A DNA stretch of 64,000 bases from an uncultured Clostridia bacterium (GTDB lineage Bacteria; Bacillota; Clostridia; Oscillospirales; Ruminococcaceae), in contig CANDEV010000004.1 in assembly GCA_947383835.1 (NCBI GenBank), positions 126,506 through 190,505 on the forward strand. The letters are read 5' to 3'. The translations under genes were made by a program, and so were the position numbers. Shown here piece by piece: positions 47,271 through 56,535 of the stretch; the stretch's first letter is position 1, and each line of letters starts with the position of its first letter. The notes under the pieces are model-generated. The model had not been told where the DNA came from, did not search any database, and was given only the letters and a program-made list of their open reading frames with translations.

Positions 47271-47407
47271 AGCAATCCATAAAAATAACCTTAAAATTAC
47301 TGTAGGGGCGGGGTCTCCCCGCCCGCAGGCAACAGACATTTACGCAGTTCTGTGGGACGGTAAACCCGTCCCCTACAATTTATGTCAAGATAATTTTCTG
47401 TGTTGCT
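47271..47407. repeat. Family C GC-hairpin repeat, copy 2
   Basis: AGCAATCC...TGTAGGGGCGGGGTCTCCCCGCCCGC...GGGACGGTAAACCCGTCCCCTACA...GTTGCT. Confidence 0.8.
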
Positions 47408-47449
47408 ATAGTATAAAGTTGTGCGGGAAGAAATATAATCAAAAAAAAT

Positions 47450-48151
47450 TTATTTATTTTTTTCAGCAGTAAGACGTACCTTAGTTCTGGAAGCAAGTCC
47501 GTCGGTCACGGTTTCTTCGTCAAAGGAGGTTATTCTAAGTCCGCAGGTGCTTACCGCCTGTAAAATATCGGTAAGAGCAAAACGTTTTTCGCATGCTTCG
47601 GGAAGCTGCCGCTGAATATATCCGAAACGGTTATTGTCCGCAAAGCATATGCCGTCCTTGTAAAACGGGTGGAAATCTATACAGATCAGCTTGCCGCCGG
47701 GCTTAAGCATTGAACGGACGACGTTAAAAAACGTCTTAATGTCATAAAAATAATGAATGGAAGCTTTTATAATGACAACTGCGTCAAAGCTTCCGCTAAA
47801 GCGTTCGTCCGTTTTAAGTATGTCGCACAGCTCGTAATTTATATGTACGCCTGCTGCTTCGGCTGTTTTTAATGCATACCGTTTTCCGTCCTTAAATGTG
47901 CCGAAAACAGTTGCTTCGGCGCCCATGCAAGCCATTGGCACGGCGTAAGAACCGTCCGTGTCGGATATTGCGGCAATTTTCAAGCCGCCGTAATCATCAA
48001 AGCAGTCCGAAAATTCCGCAAGCATAGCGGCAGCGTCATGCGTAAGTTTTTTGGCATAGTCCGCAGGCTCGCCGTTTTTGCAGGTCAAATAATCGTAAAC
48101 ATTGTTATCCTCGGTATTTTTAAATGCCGCTCCAATAGTGTACTCTACCAT
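47450..48151 (-). CDS. Class I SAM-dependent methyltransferase-like protein with a degenerate glycine-rich motif I
   Basis: Motif III-like LKPGGKLICIDF and motif II-like FDAVVIIKASIHYF. Motif I reads ISDTDGS instead of a GxGxG-type loop. Confidence 0.55.
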   Translation of the reverse strand: MVEYTIGAAFKNTEDNNVYDYLTCKNGEPADYAKKLTHDAAAMLAEFSDCFDDYGGLKIAAISDTDGSYAVPMACMGAEATVFGTFKDGKRYALKTAEAAGVHINYELCDILKTDERFSGSFDAVVIIKASIHYFYDIKTFFNVVRSMLKPGGKLICIDFHPFYKDGICFADNNRFGYIQRQLPEACEKRFALTDILQAVSTCGLRITSFDEETVTDGLASRTKVRLTAEKNK

Positions 48152-48169
48152 GGTATATCACTTCTTTTC

Positions 48170-49426
48170 TTATTCTTTCGGATCGAAAACAAGCAGCTTA
48201 TCGGTACTGAAATTCTGTAAAGCTATCCTGCCGTCCGCGTAGGTGATCCCCCTTATTTTTCCGTCGTAATCGTCCCAGTCATCTCCGCTGTCATGCTTTG
48301 CAACAATCTCGCCGCTGTCCAAGGAAACAATATATGCGGTCTCTTTACCAATATTATACTCCAAAGCAACTGCCATATAACCGCAGTTTTGCTCCATAAA
48401 GCAATCTATACTTCCCTCTCTGCCATCGTCAGGAGTGTGAAAAGTCATGAGGATATTTTTTTCAAGGGTTTCGACGTCAAAGGAGTAAATTTCCCCTACG
48501 CATTGTTCCATTTTAAGTTCAGCTGTATTTGTGTTATATGCGTAAATTTTCCCGTTATAATATCCGATAACGCCTAAAATGTCGCTGTCGGGAATTTCCG
48601 TTATCCCGCCTGTGGAATAATCGTAAATGCCGATATAAGTGCCAACACCGTATTCCCTCTTTATAAATGAAAAACGGTTCTCGTCAATGGACGCGCCGAA
48701 CAGGGCGATACCGTTATCGCCGTCCTCAACAAGAGTGGTGTTTGTTCTTAAATTCACAATGTCTTCAGCGCCCGGTTCGTTGCCGTATATGCCCGTGTTG
48801 CAGTAATCAATTCCAGGGTATGGCGTTGAGTCATCGTCAATAATATCATAGCTGTAATCTTTGTAAACGGTCATTTCGCTGTAATGTACAGTATCATCGC
48901 GGTAACTGCTCATATAAACCTGTATCAGCACGTTTTCGTCATTATTTTCGCAGCCGTAGGCAAGAAAATTGTTTCCGTCAGGCATAAGTATTTCCGCTGC
49001 GATCTCGTTTTGGTCAATATCGTATATCCGCAGATAATGCAGGCGGTCCTGATCAAGCTCCTGATATTGATAAATTGCACATAAAAGATTTTTCGATAAG
49101 AGCTTACATTCTCTGTGGGTATCAGGTTTAATTAATGCAAAAGGATAATCTTCCATATTTACTTCAAATTTTCCAAAATCAAATGTGAAGTAATCGAAAT
49201 GATCGCTTGAAGTACTGCCGCTTATATCCTCAATTTTCTCTTCGGCAGTCTCCGCAGCGGTCTCCGTTGTCTCCGAGACTGTTTCCGTTTCCGTCGGTTC
49301 TGTTTCCAATGCCGTTGTAACTTCGCTTTCCGTGGGATTTTCCGCGGGACTTGACGTGCTTTCCGAATTGCAGGCGGCAAGCAGCACTGCCGATAAAATT
49401 ATCGGGAAAATTATTTTGTTTTTCAC
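48170..49426 (-). CDS. Paralogous lipoprotein 1 of 4 (function unknown)
   Basis: Lipobox LAAC, T/E-rich linker, shared C-terminal blocks (GKIYA..., GEIYSFDVETLEK). GTG start after GGAGGG. Confidence 0.75.
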   Translation of the reverse strand: MKNKIIFPIILSAVLLAACNSESTSSPAENPTESEVTTALETEPTETETVSETTETAAETAEEKIEDISGSTSSDHFDYFTFDFGKFEVNMEDYPFALIKPDTHRECKLLSKNLLCAIYQYQELDQDRLHYLRIYDIDQNEIAAEILMPDGNNFLAYGCENNDENVLIQVYMSSYRDDTVHYSEMTVYKDYSYDIIDDDSTPYPGIDYCNTGIYGNEPGAEDIVNLRTNTTLVEDGDNGIALFGASIDENRFSFIKREYGVGTYIGIYDYSTGGITEIPDSDILGVIGYYNGKIYAYNTNTAELKMEQCVGEIYSFDVETLEKNILMTFHTPDDGREGSIDCFMEQNCGYMAVALEYNIGKETAYIVSLDSGEIVAKHDSGDDWDDYDGKIRGITYADGRIALQNFSTDKLLVFDPKE

Positions 49427-49437
49427 AAAATCCCTCC

Positions 49438-50709
49438 TTAATATGTTACATCAAAAACAACTATTTCGGTCGTATTATAGTTGAATGCCGCAAACCTGTT
49501 GCTGTTCGCAAATGCAAAGAAGCGGCAGTCGTTGTATTCGCTGCTGAGTTCGTGCTGTGCCATAACCTCGCCGCTTTCGGGGGATATAATAAAAATTATA
49601 CATTTGGAATTTTCGTAATTTTCATTATCATAGTTAAAATGGCTTGCAATGATGTATTCTCCGTTCGGGGGCATATAATATTCCGTATAATCGTTATTTT
49701 CAATCGCAGCGGGGGAGGACATGAAATGCTCCTTTTCCGCAGTCTCTATGTCAAAGGTGTACAGCTCACCCTGACACATTTCGTCCCACGCGCCTTCCTC
49801 CGCGTAGATTTTTCCGCCATAAAAACCGACAGGCATAAAATTTCTCGAATCGGCAAGTTCCACAGCTTCTCCCGCCGAAAAATCGTAGTAACCGAAGCCG
49901 GGCATACTTTCAAAACCGCAAATTCTGTAAACAAAACGGTCGTTGTCAATAGAAAAATTATAATCATACATCCGTGAGTTAAAACCCAAATCTGTTTCGG
50001 TATCTTCAAAGCCTTTGACAATAATACTGCCGCTGTCCGCGTCAAAAATATCATACATTTGGTCGGAAATATTGTGATTGCCTGCGGGGAAAGAAAAAAT
50101 TTCCCGCGGCTCGCCCTCGGTAAGCTCTGTTGTAAAATCATTGCGGACTATAAGCACGGCGTACTCGTCCTGCAATTTTTCGCTGTCAAAGCGTGAAAGC
50201 TTTATCTTGCAGAAAACGTCTCCGCTGCCCTCGATACAAGGACGAGTGAAATCGTTGGCAAGCTCCCAGCCCTCGGGAGCGGCTATGCTTGCTTTGACTG
50301 TCAGGTCGTTTATGTCGAAAAACCGTATTTCATCGCTGTCGTTTCTGAAACACTCTACAGCGGCAATGTCGCCCGAAAGGAACAGTCCGCCGCTTGCTAA
50401 ACGCTCGTCCTCCGCCGTAATGACGCTGATGTTAATTTTTTGTACGTCAAGAGAAAATTCCTTTTCGGCGGGTTCTGTTTCTGTTGTCGTTTCGGCAGCG
50501 CTGACCGTCGTCTCGTTCCCACCGCCCAAAACAGAGCTTGTCTCCCCGCCGTTTTCGGGTGGAACGACAACCGTCCCGACAGACTGTTCCGTCTGCGCCG
50601 ACGCGGTCGTTCCCGTCGGTTCAAGCTCGTCTGCTATCTGTGTTTCGTGATCGCAGGCGGTGATGAGCAGTGCCGATAAAATCAATGTAAAAATTATTTT
50701 GTTTTTCAA
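49438..50709 (-). CDS. Paralogous lipoprotein 2 of 4
   Basis: Lipobox ITAC. Blocks RFVYRICGFESMPGFGYYDF and GELYTFDIETAEKEHFMSSPA. TTG start after AAGGAGGG. Confidence 0.75.
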   Translation of the reverse strand: MKNKIIFTLILSALLITACDHETQIADELEPTGTTASAQTEQSVGTVVVPPENGGETSSVLGGGNETTVSAAETTTETEPAEKEFSLDVQKINISVITAEDERLASGGLFLSGDIAAVECFRNDSDEIRFFDINDLTVKASIAAPEGWELANDFTRPCIEGSGDVFCKIKLSRFDSEKLQDEYAVLIVRNDFTTELTEGEPREIFSFPAGNHNISDQMYDIFDADSGSIIVKGFEDTETDLGFNSRMYDYNFSIDNDRFVYRICGFESMPGFGYYDFSAGEAVELADSRNFMPVGFYGGKIYAEEGAWDEMCQGELYTFDIETAEKEHFMSSPAAIENNDYTEYYMPPNGEYIIASHFNYDNENYENSKCIIFIISPESGEVMAQHELSSEYNDCRFFAFANSNRFAAFNYNTTEIVVFDVTY

Positions 50710-50722
50710 AATGATACCCTCC

Positions 50723-51988
50723 TTAGTAAGTTACTGTAAAGACAATAACTTCGTTTGCGTTATCGTCATATGCCGCAAATCTATTATTGTCCATAAACAA
50801 AAGTTCAAAGTTCATATGCTTCGTCTCAACCACGCTTTGCGCCAGTACTTCACCGCTTTCAGGCGAAATAATATAAACCGTGTTTTGGGAATTATCAAAA
50901 TCATAGTAATTCGCGGCTATGTAATTAGCGCCCTGCGGCATATAATATTCGGTGTAATCGTTAAGCTCAATTTCAGCGGGTGAGGACATAAAATGCTCCT
51001 TTTCCGCCGTCTCTATGTCAAAGGTGTACAGCTCTCCCTGACACATTCCGTCCCAAGCTCCCTCTTTGGCGTAGATTTTCCCGCCCTTGTAACCGATCGG
51101 GAATAAATTCCTTGAATCGCGGAAGTTTGTTGCCGTCCCCGCCGAAAAATCGTAGTAACCGAAGCCCGGCATACTTTCAAAACCGCAAATTCTGTAAACA
51201 AAGCGGTCGCCGTCAATAGAAAAATTATAATCATACGACCGTGAGTTAAAACCCAAATCTGTTTCGGTATCTTCAAAGCCTTCAACAATAATATCGCCGC
51301 TGTCGGTATCAACAATGTCATTTGGGTAGTCGGAAATATTATGCTCCCCCGCAAGGAAAGAAAAAATCATGCTCGGTTCGCCCTCGGCAAATTCCGTTGT
51401 AAAATCGCTGTAAACGGTTATTGCGGCGTACCGCTCCTGCTCTTTTTCATTGTAGCTAAGAGGTATCTTGCATAAGACCTCGCCGCCGCCCTCTATGCAG
51501 GTGGAGTAGCCGCCGTATAAAGCCCAGCCCTCGGGAGCGGGTATGTCCGCCTTAACAGTCATATCGTCAAGGTCAAAAAAGCGTATCACTCCGCCGTTTT
51601 CGTCGTAGCAAGCCATTGCCGCGGTGTTTCCCGAAATGAATATTCCTCCGCTGAAGCTCTCACCCTCGGCTAAAAGTACGTCAAGAGAAAGCTTTTCATA
51701 TTCGAGGGAAGCTTCTTCAATGACAAATTCCGTCATGTCTGCTTCCGTTTCGGAAACAGTCGTTACGGAGGCAGCGGTTGTTGTTTCCTCATAATTCCCG
51801 CCGCCCAAAACAAAGCTTGTCTCCCCGCCGTTTTCGGGAGGAACGACGGCAGTCCCGACAGACTGTTCCGTCTGCGCCGAAGCGGACGTTCCCGTCGGTT
51901 CAAGCTCGTCTACTATCTGCGTTTTGTGATCGCAGGCGGTGATGAGCAGTGCCGATAAAATCAATGTAAAAATTATTTTTCTTTTCAC
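50723..51988 (-). CDS. Paralogous lipoprotein 3 of 4
   Basis: The N-terminal ~65 aa are nearly identical to paralog 2. GTG start after AAGGAGG. Confidence 0.75.
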   Translation of the reverse strand: MKRKIIFTLILSALLITACDHKTQIVDELEPTGTSASAQTEQSVGTAVVPPENGGETSFVLGGGNYEETTTAASVTTVSETEADMTEFVIEEASLEYEKLSLDVLLAEGESFSGGIFISGNTAAMACYDENGGVIRFFDLDDMTVKADIPAPEGWALYGGYSTCIEGGGEVLCKIPLSYNEKEQERYAAITVYSDFTTEFAEGEPSMIFSFLAGEHNISDYPNDIVDTDSGDIIVEGFEDTETDLGFNSRSYDYNFSIDGDRFVYRICGFESMPGFGYYDFSAGTATNFRDSRNLFPIGYKGGKIYAKEGAWDGMCQGELYTFDIETAEKEHFMSSPAEIELNDYTEYYMPQGANYIAANYYDFDNSQNTVYIISPESGEVLAQSVVETKHMNFELLFMDNNRFAAYDDNANEVIVFTVTY

Positions 51989-52003
51989 AAAAATTCCTCC
52001 TTA

Positions 52004-52105
52004 TAATAATTTGCGACTAAAAAGCGTGTAAAAAATCAAGCAAAAATTTGCGCGTATGATTTTTGCGCAGATTTTTTACCTACGCTTTTAGGAGCAAATT
52101 AGTAT
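52004..52105. repeat. Family A palindromic repeat, copy 5 (between paralogs 3 and 4)
   Basis: ATAATAATTTGCGAC...GAGCAAATTAGTAT. The right end touches the TAA stop of paralog 4. Confidence 0.85.
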
Positions 52106-53355
52106 TAGATCGTTACATCAAAAATGATTATCTCATTGTTTTCCACATCATAAACGGCAAATTTATTTTCGCCGATAAATTTAATTTCCGAGTTGATGTC
52201 GAGGGTGTTCAGCGTGCATTTTGCCAGTACCTCGCCGCTGTCGGGGGAGATAATGTAAAACTCCGTTGTGCCGCTCATAGCATTAAAACGTTCGGCAGCC
52301 AAATACCTGCCGCTTTCGGGCATGGCGTATGTCATATAACCCCGAAAATCTTCCTCCGAGTCCGCTTCGGCAGGGGAGGACATAAAATGCTTTTTCTCAA
52401 GAGTTTCAATGTCAAAGGTGTAAAGCTCGCCCTGACAATCTCCATCCCATGGGGATTGCTCAGCGTAAATTTTTCCGTCATGTACGCCAACAGGGGTGAA
52501 ATCCTCTGAATCGGGGAAGTTCACCGCCTTGCCTGCCGCAAAATCATAGTAACCAAATCCTGGCTTGCACTCAAAGCCGCAAATTCTGTAAACAAATCGT
52601 TCAGCGTCAATCGGGAATTTATAATCAAACCATTTTGAAGCAAAAACAAGCTCTGTTTCGGCATCGAAAAAGCCCTCAACGATTATTTCACCGCTGTCCG
52701 CGTCATAAATATTGTAGGGTATGTCGGAAATATTATGGCTGCCTACAGGAACGGCAAGACTTTTTTCGGGTTCGTCCTCGATGATCTCAAAGGAAAAATC
52801 ATTGCGGACAACAAGTACGCCGTATTCATTTTCATATTTTTCATAATCATATCTTAAAACCTTTATCCTGCATAAAACATCGCCGCTGCCTTTGGCATAC
52901 GTGTAATACCACGCAAATTCCCAGTCGTCGGGGAGGGTAATTTCGGCTTTCACGGTTTCGCTGTCAATATCCAAAAAGAATATTCGGCTGTCGCTGCCGC
53001 CGTATGAGCTTATAGCGGCAACGTCCCCGAAAAATATTAATCTTGCAATATTGCGGTCGGCTTTGTAAAAATCGTCAAGCTTTTTCACTTCAATGTCAAG
53101 GGTAACGTCCCCGCCGATATTTTCAATTTTAGGCGGCACAGTTTCGGCAGCGGTCGTTGTTGTTTCTGCTGTAGCTTCGGAGGTCGTTACCGTTGTTGTC
53201 GTTGCTGCGGAAGCTTCTGCTTCTGTTTCGGGAGCAGTCGTTACAGCTTGGGACGTTGTTGCCGTCTGCTCGGTAACAGTATACTGCTCCTGTGTTTGAC
53301 AGGAGGTAAGGAGCATTGCCGATAAAAGTATTGAAAAAATAATTTTCCTTTTCAT
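52105..53355 (-). CDS. Paralogous lipoprotein 4 of 4
   Basis: Lipobox LTSC, T/A/E-rich linker, blocks RFVYRICGFECKPGFGYYDF and GELYTFDIETLEKKHFMSSPA. Confidence 0.75.
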   Translation of the reverse strand: MKRKIIFSILLSAMLLTSCQTQEQYTVTEQTATTSQAVTTAPETEAEASAATTTTVTTSEATAETTTTAAETVPPKIENIGGDVTLDIEVKKLDDFYKADRNIARLIFFGDVAAISSYGGSDSRIFFLDIDSETVKAEITLPDDWEFAWYYTYAKGSGDVLCRIKVLRYDYEKYENEYGVLVVRNDFSFEIIEDEPEKSLAVPVGSHNISDIPYNIYDADSGEIIVEGFFDAETELVFASKWFDYKFPIDAERFVYRICGFECKPGFGYYDFAAGKAVNFPDSEDFTPVGVHDGKIYAEQSPWDGDCQGELYTFDIETLEKKHFMSSPAEADSEEDFRGYMTYAMPESGRYLAAERFNAMSGTTEFYIISPDSGEVLAKCTLNTLDINSEIKFIGENKFAVYDVENNEIIIFDVTI

Positions 53356-53461
53356 GGTAATTCGTCCTTTCAAGAGTTTTCCTATCCAAAGTATACCACT
53401 ATTTTAAACAGCGGTCAATAATTGTTACTGCATTGTAACCGCTCTGTAACCGAATTGTAAT

Positions 53462-53494
53462 AACAAAGCCTCCACGATCTGCGGAGGCTTTGTT
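53462..53494 (-). terminator. Putative terminator after yfhO
   Basis: AACAAAGCCTCC-loop-GGAGGCTTTGTT. The T-tail is modest on the minus strand. Confidence 0.5.
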
Positions 53495-53512
53495 TTAGCG
53501 GTATTTCTCTGC

Positions 53513-56287
53513 TTATATTTCGTAAAGTCTGTCAAGGAGTACCTTGTTGTTTTTCTTTTCGTAGAACCATATCACCACAAGGGTCGCCGCGCCGAGAAGC
53601 GACAGGACAATTCCCGCAGCCATGCCCTTGGGGAAGAATTTCATCTCAATAGTGTGCGTACCCGCGCTGACGGGGACGCCGATAAGCGCGTCCGCAAGCT
53701 CAACAGGCTCGACTCTTTCACCGTCGACATAGACTTTCCAGCCCGGCTCCCATGAAATTGAGGTGAACATTATCCCGTCCTCTTTGGCGGTAATGCTGCC
53801 CTTGATATGATCCTCCTTAAAGGACTCGATTTCAAGGGGCTGACTGCGAAGCTCTTCTATTGCTTCTTTAAACATTTCCTCGTCAAGGTAATAAATATAG
53901 TTGTCCTTAAACAGTACCTCGTTTTTGTCGGTAATTGTGGTTATGAGAGAAATCTCTTCACCCTCGCCGTACCGTCCCAAGGGCTGTATGGACATATTTC
54001 CGCCCTCGTAGTAGTAGGCAAGGAAATCCTTGTTAAGCCAGAGATTTATCCGTCTTTCATAGCTGGAGGGGAAGTACATATAGATCATGTCCTCGGTGGG
54101 AGCGTCAAAAAGATATTCGATATGGGAATTTTCTCCCTCTATCCTCGGTACGTACTTGGTGTGAGTTCCGTAGGTCGAAGGCTTTGCGTTTTCGGGGAGA
54201 ATGTCCTTGATCTCTATCTGCTTGAAAAAGTCCTGCTCCTCCTCCGAAAGCAGCGCGGAGAGCAGTCTGTTCTGATTTTCAAAAGGATTTTCCCAGCCCT
54301 CAAAATGTATATCCGCAATGGCGCTGTCCGCCATAAATCCTATCGGCAGAGCGTAGGGATTTTCATAAACGTACATTATCTCCTTGCTGTCTCCGTTGGC
54401 AAAAACGGGGTAGTCCTTGTAGTGCTTAGATACGGCAACCTCTGTCTCCTTTTCCTCGGGGACAGAGCCGTCCACATATTCTGCGTCCTCGTCCTTTTTT
54501 TCCGGTACAGTACTTTTTTCCATAACGTACTTGACGCCGAAAAGCGCGTCGGTTACATAGGTCGCGCCCTGATACCTTATATAATGTCCCCCGTATGAAA
54601 AGCCGAGGTTTCTCAGGAATTGGATCGGCGCGGCGTTGAGGGTGGAGCTTGAGTGTGCAAGTCCAAACGAGCCGAAAGCCATTGCGTCGTTTACTGTTCT
54701 TTGGAAGTTTTTCTCAATACGGTAAACGCCGCTTTCCTCAAAGCTGTCGTTTTCGTAAATTTTGTTCACGGTATTCCTGCCCAGCGTGATGTATCTGTTA
54801 TATGAACTTCGTGTGGAGTAAGCAACGTCCCTGTCGATCTGGAACATGGTGTAGGTAGTGGAAACGGTCAATTCCACCATAACAAGCGCAGTCACCGCTA
54901 TCGGTACGGGCTTTATACGGTAGTATTTTTTGTGAGCGTGCAGCATAAGAGCATAAATACCGCTTATGAGTACGGTAAACCACACCGTTGCTAAAATATT
55001 GACCTTTTCTATATCCTTGCCGTTGGCGGAAACAATAGGATTTTGCTTGTCAATGTAAAATACGTAAGCGATTATCAGGAAGAAAACAACGCCGATCTCC
55101 TTAAAGGTAATTCCCTCTATGCGCTCAAACGCCTGCGCCGCCATAACGAGAAGCAGAAAGCTGAATATGAACGAGTAGCGGTAGGGCAGCCAGTTAGGTA
55201 CTTGAAGTCCGTGCCAAACAAGGTCAACGGTGGACATATACATGGAAAGAATTATCGTAAGCGCGAGAAGTCCATAACCGATCTTGTGCTTAAGCTTTAT
55301 GTTGGTGTTGAAAAAGAAAAGCGGTATAAGCAGCATTGTCAGCACCCCGCAGTACACTACGGGAGACCCCTCTGGACGGCAGGTGTCGTAAACGTTGGGG
55401 AGCAGGTTCACAAAAAAGTCGATAAAATCGAACTGAGTCTTCATTTCGTAGCTTGGGGTGGAAAATTCCAGCTTGCCGAGGCTAAGGCTGTTGTAAAGCG
55501 GTATCAAAAGCCATGCGGAGCAGACTGCGGCAAGGACTCCACCCGCGGCGAATTTTACTCCCGAGATCAGGAAATGCTTGATGTGAAACGTATTTGTTTC
55601 GGGTGAAATAAAGAAATAGTACGCCAAAAAGTAAAGACAGCAGAATATTGCTATCATCCAGCCAATGTAAAAGTTTGCCATAAACATAAGGGCAAGAGGG
55701 ATTATGAACAGCAGCCATTTTTTTCGGTCGATAAGCTGTTCTATTCCGCGGCAGATTATGGGAAGATATACCAGTCCGTCCAGCCACATAGGGTCCATAA
55801 GCTGTACTATCATGTAGGACATAAGACTGTACAGTATCGCAAAAATAAGGGACGTATAGGGTGAAGTCCGCTTAGCGCTTCTCATGTACCAGCAGAAAGT
55901 AACGGAAGCCGCTCCCACTTTAAGTAACTGCATGGTAAGCAGCGCGTCCACCATATGAGAGCGCGGGAACAGCATTACAACGATCGAGAACGGGCTTGCA
56001 AGGTAGTAGGCAAATATGCCTATTATCTCTCCGGTAAGATTTCTGCTCCAGCTGTTGACCATGCTGCCGTTGCCCCAAAAGGCGTCGCGCAGGTTCTCGT
56101 AATAGTATACGTACTGACCGTTAAGGTCGAGAACCAGCACCGATTCGTCCCCGAAAGGATATATGCCGAAAATAAAGTATGATATCAAAAGAATAAGCAT
56201 CGGCACAAAAAATGCAAAAATATAAAGCCTTTTGTTGAACAAAAAGGTTTTGGGACTGAATTTGAGAGTAATTTGTGAGTTATCCAA
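53513..56287 (-). CDS. YfhO family polytopic membrane protein (putative glycosyltransferase)
   Basis: More than 900 aa. Many TM segments followed by a large extracytoplasmic C-terminal domain and a final TM. N-terminal FGDESVLVLDLNGQYVYYY is YfhO-like. Start is probably the TTG at 56287 (GGAGG 7 nt upstream); the ORF is open to 56341. Confidence 0.8.
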   Translation of the reverse strand: MDNSQITLKFSPKTFLFNKRLYIFAFFVPMLILLISYFIFGIYPFGDESVLVLDLNGQYVYYYENLRDAFWGNGSMVNSWSRNLTGEIIGIFAYYLASPFSIVVMLFPRSHMVDALLTMQLLKVGAASVTFCWYMRSAKRTSPYTSLIFAILYSLMSYMIVQLMDPMWLDGLVYLPIICRGIEQLIDRKKWLLFIIPLALMFMANFYIGWMIAIFCCLYFLAYYFFISPETNTFHIKHFLISGVKFAAGGVLAAVCSAWLLIPLYNSLSLGKLEFSTPSYEMKTQFDFIDFFVNLLPNVYDTCRPEGSPVVYCGVLTMLLIPLFFFNTNIKLKHKIGYGLLALTIILSMYMSTVDLVWHGLQVPNWLPYRYSFIFSFLLLVMAAQAFERIEGITFKEIGVVFFLIIAYVFYIDKQNPIVSANGKDIEKVNILATVWFTVLISGIYALMLHAHKKYYRIKPVPIAVTALVMVELTVSTTYTMFQIDRDVAYSTRSSYNRYITLGRNTVNKIYENDSFEESGVYRIEKNFQRTVNDAMAFGSFGLAHSSSTLNAAPIQFLRNLGFSYGGHYIRYQGATYVTDALFGVKYVMEKSTVPEKKDEDAEYVDGSVPEEKETEVAVSKHYKDYPVFANGDSKEIMYVYENPYALPIGFMADSAIADIHFEGWENPFENQNRLLSALLSEEEQDFFKQIEIKDILPENAKPSTYGTHTKYVPRIEGENSHIEYLFDAPTEDMIYMYFPSSYERRINLWLNKDFLAYYYEGGNMSIQPLGRYGEGEEISLITTITDKNEVLFKDNYIYYLDEEMFKEAIEELRSQPLEIESFKEDHIKGSITAKEDGIMFTSISWEPGWKVYVDGERVEPVELADALIGVPVSAGTHTIEMKFFPKGMAAGIVLSLLGAATLVVIWFYEKKNNKVLLDRLYEI

Positions 56288-56427
56288 GGATAGACCTCCG
56301 TTCGGAAAATTTGAAATTTTTGTATAAAAAATTACATACACTATTATTATAAAACTTTTTTTGTCTCATTACAATAGCTTTTGCAGATTTTTTTTGTAAA
56401 AAAAATAAAAAAATTGCCAAAAACCCC

Positions 56428-56476
56428 TTGTTAAAACAGAAAATATGTGTTATAATATTTCAGAGAACATTTGTTG
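56428..56476 (+). promoter_or_regulatory. nudF-like gene promoter with a LexA-like box over the predicted transcription start
   Basis: TTGTTA (56428)-17 nt-TATAAT (56451). GAACATTTGTTG at 56465-56476 is identical to the box at 26729-26740. Confidence 0.6.
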
Positions 56477-56535
56477 TGCTGTAAAAGCGTGAATTTTCGT
56501 TTATACTATTATAAATATATTTTGGAGGAAATGCT

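Noticed and set aside
49351-49977. 208-aa plus-strand ORF (likewise 50078-50650, 50660-50983 and 52063-52509)
   Set aside because: They are antisense to the lipoprotein paralogs. The minus-strand genes have RBSs, signal peptides and conserved blocks across four copies.
53807-54598. 263-aa ORF on the plus strand (also 55043-55606)
   Set aside because: It is antisense to the YfhO-family gene. There are no motifs, and the sense ORF is continuous over 2.8 kb.
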